Assembly (NCBI GenBank): GCA_963804165.1
Contig: CAWDPO010000035.1
Location: 190,120 to 254,119 of the forward strand
Reading direction: 5' to 3'
Origin: an uncultured delta proteobacterium
GTDB taxonomy: Bacteria; Desulfobacterota; Binatia; UBA9968
DNA length: 64,000 nt
Shown here piece after piece: positions 42,952 through 54,095 of the stretch. A model generated the notes under the pieces. The model was given only the letters and a program-made list of their open reading frames with translations, ran no database searches and was not told the origin of the DNA. The position numbers were made by a program, and so were the translations under genes. Position 1 is the first letter of the stretch. Every line of letters begins with the position of its first letter.

Positions 42952-43927
42952 CGACATAGTCCTCCCGATGAAACGACTTGGTGCGACAACTCGCCGATGG
43001 CCGGCGACGAGCAGCGGATCGTCGAGCCGATCTTCAGTGGCACAGGATTTTGCAGCCGGTCACCTTTGAGCGCCATGCTGGCGCCGATGGCGAGCAAATC
43101 GCCGGGCTTAATGCCGAGGATCGACCAACGGGCGATGATTTGTTCGACGGTGAAGACACAGTCGCGCAAGGTGAATTGTTGCTTGACGCGCCGTCGAGGG
43201 CAAACTCGACTGCCAAAGCTTCAAAATCTTTTCGTGCAGGTTTCATCAATACACGGAGGCCCGAGGAGGTGCTCGAAGGAAAATTTTTGCCGAGCAAGTT
43301 GTTGGTCGTGAGGCCCTCGCGTCTGTTAATATCGCGCGCGGTGATGTCGATGAGCAGCGTAACGCCGGCGACATGGTCCCAGGCTTCTCCGGGTGGATTC
43401 TTTTGCCGGCTTTGCCGATAACAATGGCAAGACAAGCATCGGCGTCGACTTCTTCGGAAAATTTCGGCCAAATGATCGGCGCGCCGGTCGTGACGAAAGT
43501 CTGCGGCAGTTTGTAGAAGCCCGTAGGGATTTCGGCCTTTGGCATGGCTTCGATGCGGGCTTTGTCGGAAAAGCCGATGACGAAACTTTTTTCCGGATTC
43601 TGAAACGGCGGCAGTATTCGGACTTCCGCGGGTCGTAAATGATTTTCTCGCCGGCGGGACCGCGAAGATCGCGCGCGCCGTTATTGCGCGCGTAAGAAAC
43701 GACTTCTGTCGAGTGACCTGCAGCGATTGCTCGCCGCGCTCCAGAAACTCGCCGATCGTTTCCGGAAAGTAAAAGGCGGCGAGTTCATAAGCGGTGAGCG
43801 ATCAGCGCCTTGATGCAAGGTAGGCGGCGCACGCGAGGTTTAGATCGACAAGCTTCCCGTCCACCTCGCCAAAAATTCTAGTCTGATGTGGCAGGGAGCT
43901 TTCCAAAAGGCCCAGATAGAGTTTCAT
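42948..43927 (-). CDS. Divergent FAH family protein, frameshifted
   Basis: FYKLPQT, VDADACLAIVIGK, IDITARD, GKNFPSS, PGDLLAIGA. Confidence 0.75.
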
Positions 43928-44000
43928 TGAATTAGCCTTAACAACCGCTGCGAAAATTGTTTTTCGTCTACCACGGATGGGCGCAAATTCAAAGACGAGT

Positions 44001-45599
44001 CTACTTGCTGCGGGCGCGGCTCTTTAGAATCTTCTTTGGCTGCGAAGTAACCGGGAAGGCCGGTGATGCCGCCGCCGGGGTGAGTCCCGGAACCGCAGAG
44101 ATAAAGATTGTCGATCGGCGTGTGATAGCGCGACCAACCCGGAACCGGGCGCATGAAGAAAATCTGATCCAGCGCCATTTCCGCGTGGTAGAGGTGTCCG
44201 CCGGTGAGGCCGTAAGTTTCTTCCAGGTCGAGCGGGCGTTAACACCTGGCGATGAAGGATCGAATTCTTAAAGCCCGGCGCGTATTCTTCGATGACATTC
44301 ACCACCGCATCGCCGAGCGCATCTCGCTGTTCGTGCCAATCGCCTTCCCGCAACTGATAAGGCGCGGACTGCATCCAGACGGACATGACATGTTTGCCCG
44401 GCGGGCGCGAGGGAAGGATCGGCGATCGACGGAATGGTGATTTCCAAAAATGGCTGCTTGGAGAATCGCCCGTACTTGGCGTCATCGGCGGCGCGCTCCA
44501 GATATTCGAGCGTCGGGCCGATGTGAATGATTCCGCCAAGCGCCGCTGCTTGATGCGTTGAGGTTTTAAACTTCGGCAACGCGTCCAACGCCAAATTGAT
44601 CTTGGCGACCGTGCCGCGCGATCGAATATTTCTGACTTGCAACAAAAATTGCGGATCGAGATAGGTCGGCTCGACGAGCTTGAGAAAAGTCCGCTTCACG
44701 TCGGCGCTTGAGATATACGGTCGCTGCGGCGATCTCCTCGCCGTTCTGGAAAACGACTCCTGTCGCCGCGCCGTTCTTTGGTGACGATCTTTGGCGACTT
44801 CGGCTTCCGGTCCGGATTTCCGCGCCGAACTGTTGCGCCGCGCGGGCGAAAGCTTGCGAGAATTGCCGATGCCGCCGCGGACAAAGCCCGCCGTGCGCAG
44901 CGCGCCGTTTGATTCGCCGATCTGATGATGGAGGAAATTAAACGCAGTTCCCTGCTGGCGCGGACCGACGAAGGAGCCGAGCATACCGCTCGCGGCCAGC
45001 GCCGCTTTGAGCAAGTCGTTCTCGAACCATTCATTCAGCAAATCGGCGATGCTCATGGGTAGGATGCGCAGAAACTCGTACATTTCTTTTTCGCCGAGGC
45101 GATGGAATTTCCAGCCGATCTTTAAGAGCTCGGCCGGATTGAAGTTCCCGGGATTGGCTTTGTCGGGAAGCGGCAGCGATAAAGGGTTCGCAGAAAAACC
45201 GAGAGATTTTTAGCGAGCGCGCAAAATGCTTCGATATTTGTTGGCGTCGGACTTGGAGTGTCGCGCGATCTCTGCAGCGGCTTTCGCGGGGTCTCGCGGA
45301 GATCAGTAATGAGTTTCCGTCGAGGCTCGGCGCAAATAGCAAAGGATCGAGAGCGAGAAGCTCCAAGCCGTGTTTCTTTAAGATCGAGATCGGCGATGAT
45401 CTCACTGGAAAATGAGCCGCGCCAGATGAGCGCAGGTGGAGAATTTAAAGCCGGGAAAAATTTCTTCGGTCGCCGCGATTCCGCCGACGATCGGGCGGCG
45501 TTCCAGGACCAAGACTTTCTTTCCCGCCTTGGCCAGATAAGCCGCGGTCACGAGCCCATTGTGGCCGGCGCCGATGATGATCGCGTCGTAGTTTGCCAC
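44001..45599 (-). CDS. Phytoene-desaturase/PYROXD2-like FAD oxidoreductase, frameshifted
   Basis: [40 protein letters not shown]. Confidence 0.85.
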
Positions 45600-45605
45600 G
45601 GCGAG

Positions 45606-47199
45606 TTAGATCAGGCTCCGTTTCATATCTTTGAGAATTTCCAGTGCCGCGAGCCGGCCCGATGCCGCCATCACGCCGCCGCCGGGATGCGTGCAGGCGC
45701 CGCACATGTAGAGATTCTTAATCGGCGTGCGATATTTCGCCCAGCCCGGCACGGGGCGGAGAAAAAAAAGTTGGTCTAACGTCAGTTCGCCCTGAAAGAT
45801 ATTGCCTTCCGTGAGACCGAATTCCTGCTCGAGATCCCAGGGCGTAACGATTTGGCGATGCAGGATGATGTTTTTCAGATTCGGCGCGTATTCGCTCAGC
45901 GTATCGATCACGGTGTCGCCGAATGCCTCGCGCTTTTCCGGCCAGGTGCCGCTCGCCAGATGATACGGCGCGTACTGCACGAAGATCGACATGACATGTT
46001 TTCCCGGCGGCGCCATGGATGGATCGAGCATCGAGGGGAGGATGATATCCATATAGGGGCGGCGCGAAAAATCGCCGTACTTGGCGTCGTCGTAGGCGCG
46101 CTCGATGTAGTCGATGCTCGGACTGATCGAAATCGCGCCCGCAAGATGCGGCCCGTCGCCGGGCATGCGACGTGAAATTGGGCAGCGCGTCCAAGCGCGA
46201 GATTGACTTTCGCCGATGAGCCGCGGATTTTGAAATCGCTTGACTTGCTTTATGAACTCCGAATCGAGATGCTGTGCGTCGACCATTTTTAAAAACGTGC
46301 GTTTTGGATCGACGCCCGAGACGATGACTTTTGCTTGAATTTCTTCGCCGGAGCTGAGAACGACGCCGTAGGCGCGGCCGTTTTTGACGAGCACCTGGTC
46401 GACGGCTGCTTGAGTTCGGATTTCCGCGCCATGGTGGCGCGCCGCCTCGGCGATCACGCGGCTGATGCTGCCCATGCCGCCGCGGGCAAAGCCCCAGGAG
46501 CGAAACGCGCCGTCGAGCTCGCCCATGTAGTGATGCAGCAGCACATACGCCGTTCCCGGCGAGCGCGGTCCCATAAACGTGCCGATGATGCCGCTCGCGG
46601 ACATGGTGGCTTTGAGCACGTCGGTCTCGAACCATTCGTCGAGAAAGTCCGCCGAGCTCATGGTCATGAGCTTGGCGAGATCGTAAAGAAGCTTCTCACC
46701 CAGCCCGCGAAAATGATTGCCGACCTTGGCCAAGTCCGAAGAGATCTTTCGGATTCCATGTGGTGGGCTCCGGGGGGATCATGCCGAGCAGCGGCTTTAC
46801 AGCCATCGCCATCTGCACCATCAATTGGCCGTATTGCTCGTAGGCTTCTGCGTCGGTAACCGAATGGCGCGCGATCTCGCGGCGCGTTCTGGCATGATCG
46901 CCGCAGCGGAAAAGATAATCGCCATTCGGCATCGGCGTGAACGTGCTGTCGAGAGGGATGATTTCGAGATCGTAATTCGCCAGTTCAAGCTCGCGGATCA
47001 CCTCCGGGCGGAGCAGGCTGACGACGTAGGAGCACACCGAGTATTTAAATCCAGGATAAATCTCTTCGGTGACCGCGGCACCGCCAACGAAATGGCGGCG
47101 CTCGAGAACAAGGACTTTCTTGCCGGCTTTCGCTAGGTAGGCGGCGCTGGTAAGACCGTTGTGGCCGGCGCCGATGATAATTGCGTCGTAGTTGGGCAT
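45606..47199 (-). CDS. Phytoene-desaturase/PYROXD2-like FAD oxidoreductase, frameshifted
   Basis: [61 protein letters not shown]. Confidence 0.88.
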
Positions 47200-47272
47200 G
47201 TCGTGGATTTGCTTAAGAGAGCATATTTGGTAATTTCGTCTGCGAAGTCAACGCAGCAACGGCGAATTCATG

Positions 47273-47330
47273 AATCCAAAAATCCAAAACCTGTCCTGAG
47301 CTAAGGCGAAGGATCGAAAATCCCAAATCG
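47273..47330. repeat. AATCCAAA repeats flanking a CCTGTCCTGAGC..CGAAGGA REP-like unit
   Basis: Read directly; same family as the element at 18757. Confidence 0.55.
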
Positions 47331-47333
47331 TAG

Positions 47334-48530
47334 ATGCCTATCGGAACACCTTTTCACTCTCGAACCTCAGCGCTGTGCGCCAGTCAGAACTGGCGGACAT
47401 GGTCCGGCTACTTCGTCGCCAGCTCCTACGACGTGATGCATGATTACGAATATCACGCGATCCGGAATCCGCTGCGCTGATCGATATCTCGCCGCTCTAT
47501 AAATACGATATACGCGGCAAGGATGCGTTGCGGCTGGTCAATCGCGTAATCACCCGCGACGCGGCGAAATGCGCCATCGGTCAGGCGCTTTACGGCTGTC
47601 TGTGCGAAGACGATGGCGCGGTGATCCAAGACGGGACCGTGTTTCGGCTGGCGGAGGATCATTTTCGCTTTCACCTGGCAGATCCGGCCCTACGCTGGCT
47701 GAGGCTCAATGCCGCAGGGATGGACTTGTCGATGGGTGAGGTTTCCGAGCAAGTCGCCGCGCTGGCGATCCAAGGACCTAACGCGCTCACGATCCTCGAA
47801 CAAATCGTCGATGCGGACCTGGGCCATTTGAGATTTTTTCGCTTGAACGCCGCCAAAATCCGCGATGTTCCCGTCATCATCTCGCGGACCGGATACACGG
47901 GCGATTTGGGTTACGAAATTTGGTTTGGCGCGGGGCACGCGTTATCGGATCTGGGATATTCTTATGGAGGCGGGGAAAGCGTTCGGGATCAAGCCCGCCG
48001 GCATGCTGGCGCTCGATGTGGCGCGGCTCGAGGCCGGGTTTATTCTTTTGGAAGTCGACTATATCGGCGCGGAAAAGGCTATGATCCCCTCGCAGCGCTA
48101 TTCACCGTTTGAAATCGGTTTGGCTTGGACCGTCGATCTGAAAAAGGAACATTTTGTCGGCTGCCAGGCGTTAAAAGAATAAGACGAACAACCCTGGTCT
48201 CGTCAAATCGATCGGTTTAGAAATCAATCTCAGCGATTACGAGTATCGATTTCACCAAGTTGGCCTACCGCCGCAATTTCCGCTTGCGGCGTGGCGCGGC
48301 GGCGTGCCGGTTTACAAAGACGACAGACAAATTGGACATGCGACGACCGGCGCTTGGTCGCCGACGTTGAAAAAATACGTTGCGCTCGCGACTGTGGAAA
48401 AGTCCTGCGCAACACCCGGGACGCAGGTCGACGTGGAAGTGACCATCGAGCACACGCGCAAGACCGACCGACGCGACGGTCGTGAAAGCGCCTTTCTTCG
48501 ATCCGCCGCGCAAGCGCGCGGTATTCGCAT
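47334..48530 (+). CDS. GcvT-like aminomethyltransferase (THF-dependent) family protein, frameshifted; 3' end approximate
   Basis: MPIGTPFH, IDISPLYKY, ALAIQGP, SRTGYTGDLGYEIW, LDVARLEAG, PFFDPPRKR. Confidence 0.87.
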
Positions 48531-48581
48531 CATCCAACGGTCGCAGATCGATGCGGCGGATATCTTTACGCGAGACGATTT

Positions 48582-49345
48582 CTAGTGAACGGGACGCACG
48601 GCAACGCCGCGGCCTTCAGGTAATGTTTACACTGGGCGATCGAATATTCGCGAAAGTGAAAGATCGACGCAGCAAGCGCGGCGCTGGCCTTGCCTTCGGT
48701 TAATCCTTCGTAAATATGGTCGAGGTTGCCGACACCGCCAGAAGCGATAACCGGAATGTCGACGCGATCGGAAACGGCTCGCGTTAACTCCAAATCGTAT
48801 CCTGCCTTGGTGCCGTCGCGGTCCATGCTCGTAAAAGAATTTCGCCCGCGCCGTAGCTCTCCATTCGCTCTGCCCAGTCCCCGGCATCGATGCCCGTCGG
48901 ATTTCTGCCGCCGTGGGTAAAAACTTCCCAGTGATCGCCGGCACGTTTGGCGTCGATGGCCACGACGATACACTGGCTGCCGAACATTTCCGCTGCTTCG
49001 CGGACGAATTCGGGCCGGTTAACTGCTCCCGTGTTGATGGAAACTTTATCGGCGCCGGCTTTGAGAAGGTTGCGAATATCTTCGGTCGTGTTGATGCCGC
49101 CGCCAACGGTGAGCGGCATGAAAACTTGCTCCGCGGTGCGGGCCACCACGTCCAGGATGATCCGCGATTCTCGTGCGATGCGGTGATGTCGAGGAAACAA
49201 AGCTCGATCGGCGCCCTCGCGGTCGTAGATCCTTGAGCGATCTCGACCGGATCGCCGGCGTCGCGCAGGTCGAGAAATTTTACTCCCTTTCACAACACGC
49301 CCGGCATTTAACGTCTAGACAAGGGATGATGCGCTTGGTCAACAT
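48582..49345 (-). CDS. hisF: Imidazole glycerol phosphate synthase cyclase subunit, several frameshifts
   Basis: [60 protein letters not shown]. Confidence 0.93.
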
Positions 49346-49675
49346 CGCGCGGCAAGTTTTATCGGAGCGCTCAAGCGTTCACAAGCCAGTCGGCGACCTC
49401 GCATTGGATACCTTGCAAGACTCACATGCGTCTTCCGCTAGGGGAATGTGCGACCTGAGTACCGGCGCTGCACTTTGTTGCTCGGCATTTGGCTATAGGG
49501 CGTCATCCGTCGCAGATCTATTCAACTTTACAGGCAAATAGACATGTTTGAATCCCGGTTATACGACTTTGGGCGTGATCGCCAGTCAAAATTGGACCAA
49601 AAGGCGTGCGATTCTGCCACCATATCGTCTCACCAATGACCTAAGTATTTTGTCAATGGCTATACAACTTTAGGC

Positions 49676-49704
49676 TTGACAGGTTTTGGTGCTTGGGCTA
49701 AAAG
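49676..49704 (+). promoter_or_regulatory. Putative sigma70 promoter
   Basis: TTGACA-17 nt-TAAAAG, followed by a doubled AGGAGG RBS. Confidence 0.55.
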
Positions 49705-49760
49705 ACGCCAAAAGTAGTCACAAATAAGTAATAAATAACTTAGGAGGCAAAGGAGGCACA

Positions 49761-51260
49761 ATGAAGAAGAGGTTCGTAAAGTTAGCACTGCTGGCTGCTG
49801 TGCTTTTCGCTGCGGCACCGGTTACTGCGCAGAGCGTCGATGATAAGATCAAGTCGCTCGAGCAAGAGCTGGGGCAGCTTAAGACACAACAGATCGAGCT
49901 CAAGAAAGAAGCCACGGCGGCGGCAGCGGCGCTGCCGACGTTCGAGTATCGTCCCGGCAACGGTTTGGAAATCGAAGCGGCGGACAAGGCGTGGGGCATA
50001 CGGTTCACGCTGGAATCGCACTTCCGCTACACTTTTTGAATCCGGGCGCGATCAGATCGGCCGGACTCAGGGAGAGTTGATGGGCCGGCGCTTCCGCCCA
50101 GGGTTTATTTATTGCGTCAACAACTGTCTGTGGGAACTCGAAGCGACGCTGGATCTAGACGGTTTTGGAACGGGTAACGGCAAGAACGCGACCAACACGG
50201 CGGGGAGTTCGATACTGCAGCGCGGCGCCGTGACTTTTAACGCCCAGGAACTGCATCCCTGGCTGCCCTCGGTGCAGTTCGGCATGGAAGTGCAGAATGC
50301 CCATGGCGGCAGCTTGGCTCGGCAAGGCTCCGGAGCCGTCGGCGCCCAAGCCGAGTACGATCTGCACACCCGCAACGACGGTTTCAACACCGGGCGAGCG
50401 GGCCAGGGCATCGTGCTTAACTGGGATGATCGCTCGCTTTCGAGCATCGGCATTCCGGGCCGCATCGGCAAGTTCCAGATCGGCATGTCCGCTATCGCCG
50501 AAGGCGACGACGGTTTGTCGAGCTTTACCGATCGTAAAGACTTTAACACTTACTTGAGCGTCCAGCCGATGTCGCAGATCAAGAACAAATGGATCAGTGG
50601 TTTGACGTTTGAGTATGGCGCCTGGTTCTGTAACGTAGATAACCGCGCGAACGAGAACGGCTGCGGCCGTTACACGATCCAGGATCACGGCGACGGCGGC
50701 CGGCAGAGACTGTATGACACGGGCGACGGTGCGATCGGCGACGGGCTGCACATGGCGCACGGTCCCGGCGTCGTGTACAACGTTGGGCCATACACCCTGC
50801 GCGCCATGGGTTCTTTTCAGCACAGCGAAGACCGAGGCGGGTCGACCGGCAAGAAGCGATCGAACAGCTTCCTGATCGGCCATGACCTGTATCGTGTGGA
50901 GTCCAAAGGGATTTTTGACGGGCTCGGCGACGACACCGGGATCGATCCTCACGGGTACGCACTTTGAGCGGGTCAACATGTCCTGTACAGGCGGGGACTG
51001 CTCGGGCATCAACAGCGGTGATTTTCACCGGATCCGGGTTCTGCTCAGAGAGTGGGATCTGTGGTACGTGATTGCGCCGCGCATGAGCGTTGGCATCAGC
51101 GTGCTGTGGTATGATTCGTCGAACCTGCGCAACGCGAGAAACCAACCAGCGCATAACCTCGGCATATGGTTCGAGTAGCAAGATATCTAACGGCGGGTGC
51201 CGCAACGGAATCGGCGGCGACTGGCTGGACGTTATGCTCAACTGGAGATATACGTTCTAG
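49761..51260 (+). CDS. Putative outer-membrane beta-barrel (porin-like) protein, frameshifted
   Basis: Signal peptide, coiled coil, amphipathic strands, C-terminal NWRYTF. Confidence 0.65.
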
Positions 51261-51284
51261 CTTGCAAGCTAAGCAGTGTTTCGC

Positions 51285-51328
51285 AAAAAAGGGGAGCTGA
51301 AAAAACTCAGCTCTCCCCTTTCTTTTTC
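51285..51328 (+). terminator. Rho-independent terminator (possibly bidirectional)
   Basis: A6-GGGGAGCTGA...TCAGCTCTCCCC-T-rich tract. Confidence 0.8.
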
Positions 51329-51935
51329 TGGGTTCTTCGGTGCCCGCACTTTGGATCAGTAGTCGCAATGCTTCACTTTCGGGAGCCGTAGTAAAACCCC
51401 GGCCTCATCACAACTACTTAAACAGCCACCGGCAAGTTTAAGCATCTCCGTGCATCTGGTTCCAGCCGAAATCTTGGCATGCCGGAACAAGTTGTTACTG
51501 CGCGCGGCCGCCTTCGGTATAGGGAAACTCACCTGGCTATCGCTGGGAGACTGTTTGTGGGGCAAACCTGAGCGATTGCCAATAGGTTTTTGCGAGCGGA
51601 GTAATCGATGGCTTTGCTAGTGTGATTCGTCAACTTTGTTGGCGAGACCTATTGTCTATTAGTCGCTGCCGCGCGGGGCATATTCATCGGCGCCGGCTGG
51701 GACGTTCTCTTCACTCTTCTATCAGTGAACCGCCGCTTCTTTTCATATCGCGTTTTCTAACGATTCTCGCGATCCGCAGGTGTAGAATCACCACCGCGTT
51801 CCGTGATCCGACGGAAGGCGTAAGGCACTGAGCAGTGCAGTCCAAGTAAATCTATAGAACTAGAACTTTGATCGACATATGAGGGTTGTTCCATGTAGGA
51901 GAGGGGATACGCCGTTAAGTTGAAAGGAGAACACG

Positions 51936-52257
51936 ATGCTGGAGCATGGAATGTTTCGCACGCTTGGAGTATTCATCGCGTTGTCACTAGTCGCGGGCTG
52001 CTCTTCTGAGGCGAGCAAAAAGCCAGAAACAGCAACCACACCTGCACCGGGAGCGCTCGGACGGACGCCCTCAGGAAAATCCTCTCCGCCATCCAAGGGT
52101 TCGACTGGGTCGAGTTTAGATGCGCACCGCGAGGGTAGGACGCCAGTCAGCGGTCCGTTGAAGGAAACCTTCTTTGAATTCGACAGCTATAATCTGACCA
52201 CTGAAGCTCGGACGATCTTGCAGTCAAATGCGGCGTGGCTAAAGGCCAATCCGGCTG
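51936..52257 (+). pseudogene. pal: Pal/OmpA-family lipoprotein, truncated within the OmpA domain
   Basis: Lipobox VAGC; FFEFDSYNLTTEARTILQSNAAWLKANP; EGHxDERG and the rest are missing. Confidence 0.75.
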
Positions 52258-52679
52258 CAAACGCCGACGAAGAACGGCGCTTGGCTCGGCCTCCTGTGCA
52301 TGTCCGGCGGGCGCCCATGCCTCAAAAGGAAACCGAAAATAGGCGCTTCTCGGAAAACGTGATCAGCACGGACAAGGCGGCCTTGCTGTGGATGTATTGT
52401 AGAGAAATCGCGCCGTTTGAAACGCCGACCTTTGGCAGGAAGGTCGGGAGCTATCGCTCGTGCAACAAAGCACCTCAGAAATGCGCAACCTATCGGCGTC
52501 AAATTAGGACAGTCGAAATTCGGCGGCGCTAGACCGAGCGGTAGAGTCCGCACGATATCCTCGGGTCGCAGTTCAACCGCGGGCTCATTTTTTCGTCGCC
52601 CCCATCGCCCGAGGCGGCCAGATCGTCACTCCTGACCAATCCGGCGACCCATGCTCGCCCGCGCCAACGAGGTGATCGA

Positions 52680-52895
52680 ATGAGTTACAGATCGAAAAAA
52701 CCTGGTCTCACCAAAGCCGAACTCCGAGCAGCAGGACAACGTGCGGTAGCAGAGTTTCGGAAGCCGACAGTCCAGCTCCCGACGAAACTTACCAGGCAAT
52801 GCGGCAACTGCCGTGAATTTGGGTCGATTATGGTTGAGCACGGTCAACCGGCACCAGCCTTCAACTGCAAGAATTGCGGGTACTTGATAAGGTAG
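52680..52895 (+). CDS. Small zinc-ribbon hypothetical protein
   Basis: RBS GAGGTG; CGNC...CKNCG. Confidence 0.5.
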   Translation: MSYRSKKPGLTKAELRAAGQRAVAEFRKPTVQLPTKLTRQCGNCREFGSIMVEHGQPAPAFNCKNCGYLIR

Positions 52896-53595
52896 GCGCT
52901 GGCTGCACCGCCAACGCTGCTCGCCCGACGAGGTGATCGCGTGACGATATTCGCGCGGTCCGAAGCTGAACTGCGCCATTCGGCCACCGCCTTACTTTCG
53001 ACCGCCGCCGAGCGCCCCGGCGCCGAGGGGGGTAGGTTCGGCGCGGCACCACGGCGCACCACAACGGGGGGTCGGGGCGTCATGACCGATTAAAATTCTA
53101 ACAGAAACTTCACGGCTTGGCGCCTGCCTACTCCGTTGGGCCTACCGGAGGGACGCAACGTTTCATGCCGTCAGGTGAACCGGCTTAATTGCTTAATTCC
53201 AACTTGGTTTCTCCCCGATTTCGCCCGCTGACCCCGGCATCATCGACTGACCGATCTCGTCGCGTTCACCAGGGGCGTGCAGCGCGGCTAATTGCCAACT
53301 GGAGGAAGTCACGGGGGGGAGAGCGACCGTAGGGGATCGCGACGGCACCTTACTTGCCGCCGCGCAACTGGTGCCGGCCTTCGGGCTGGCCCTTTTACGT
53401 TGTTAGTCCGCGGGCCCTTTCTCGTGGGAAATCTACACAGACGGTTCTCCTGCGGCCCGGGCTTTGAATGATGGAGCGGGGTTGCTGAGGTCTGGCTCCC
53501 CCCGCAGGATCACCAAGGGACCGCGTTATCTCAGGCGCAATGTCAGCACAAGTTGCCGGCAAGACCCCCAGCCAGCCGCGGTCACGCCCTCCGGC

Positions 53596-53820
53596 CTACG
53601 CGGGGGTGGCATTCGCGCACTTGAGAACCCAGACTGCTTCGTTCGGCTTAGAGAGTGCGGGGTCCCTCGTCGCGCTGAGCGGCTTGTCACAATGATGGCC
53701 CTGCAGGCGTAGCTGAGCTGCGAGCGTTTCCGCCGGCATCGCCGCCTGCTGCGCACACGCCGCGAACGGCCATGCGACTGCTGCGCCGACGAGTAGCGTA
53801 ATGAAATCTCGTCTCCTCAC
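53596..53820 (-). pseudogene. Chimeric remnant: ABC substrate-binding-protein leader joined to a hypothetical fragment
   Basis: MRRRDFITLLVGAAVAWPFAACAQQ followed by unrelated QLRLQGHHCDKP...VWVLKC. Confidence 0.55.
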
Positions 53821-53945
53821 TCGATCATCTCGTCGGCGAGTGCGAGAAGGGTCGGCGGCACATCGAGGCTGAGCGCCGTCGCCGTCTTGAGATTGACGAT
53901 AAGCGTGTACTTGATCGGCAATTGGACCGGCAACTCGGCCGGCGG
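53817..53945 (-). pseudogene. C-terminal remnant of ABC transporter substrate-binding protein
   Basis: Manually read [41 protein letters not shown]. Confidence 0.7.
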
Positions 53946-53963
53946 CACAGCAACGAGCACCTG

Positions 53964-54095
53964 TTACTGTTTTTGCGGGATCGGTGTCGTGCCGCTCGGT
54001 CCCATGCCGGTGATTTGGAGGATTACCTCACCATCCTTAGCCCACGCAAAGTGGGGGGTCCTTGGCGGTTCGGAATAGAACGTGCCCGCGGGTGT
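53964..54095 (-). pseudogene. Cupin-domain C-terminal remnant
   Basis: PAGTFYSEPPRTPHFAWAKDGEVILQITGMGPS. Confidence 0.6.

Noticed and set aside
44001-47199. Carotenoid biosynthesis cluster
   Set aside because: No crtB, crtE or crtY nearby; motifs and context fit the PYROXD2-like subgroup.
47334-48530. Glycine cleavage system gcvT
   Set aside because: No gcvH or gcvP adjacent; treated as a GcvT-like paralogue.
48582-49345. hisF as a true pseudogene, or programmed frameshifting in this region
   Set aside because: Indels affect nearly all neighbouring genes with no consistent slippery motif; sequencing error is simpler.
51330-51930. ncRNA or tRNA in long intergenic regions (also 49350-49670 and 58800-59350)
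   Set aside because: No cloverleaf, T-loop or riboswitch motif recognised; an Infernal/Rfam scan would be needed to exclude them.
52258-52532. Novel C-terminal domain fused to Pal
   Set aside because: Chance read-through across the junction.
52900-53100. G-rich motifs (also ~63530) resembling phage packaging regions
   Set aside because: No terminase or other phage gene is present; the resemblance is too vague.
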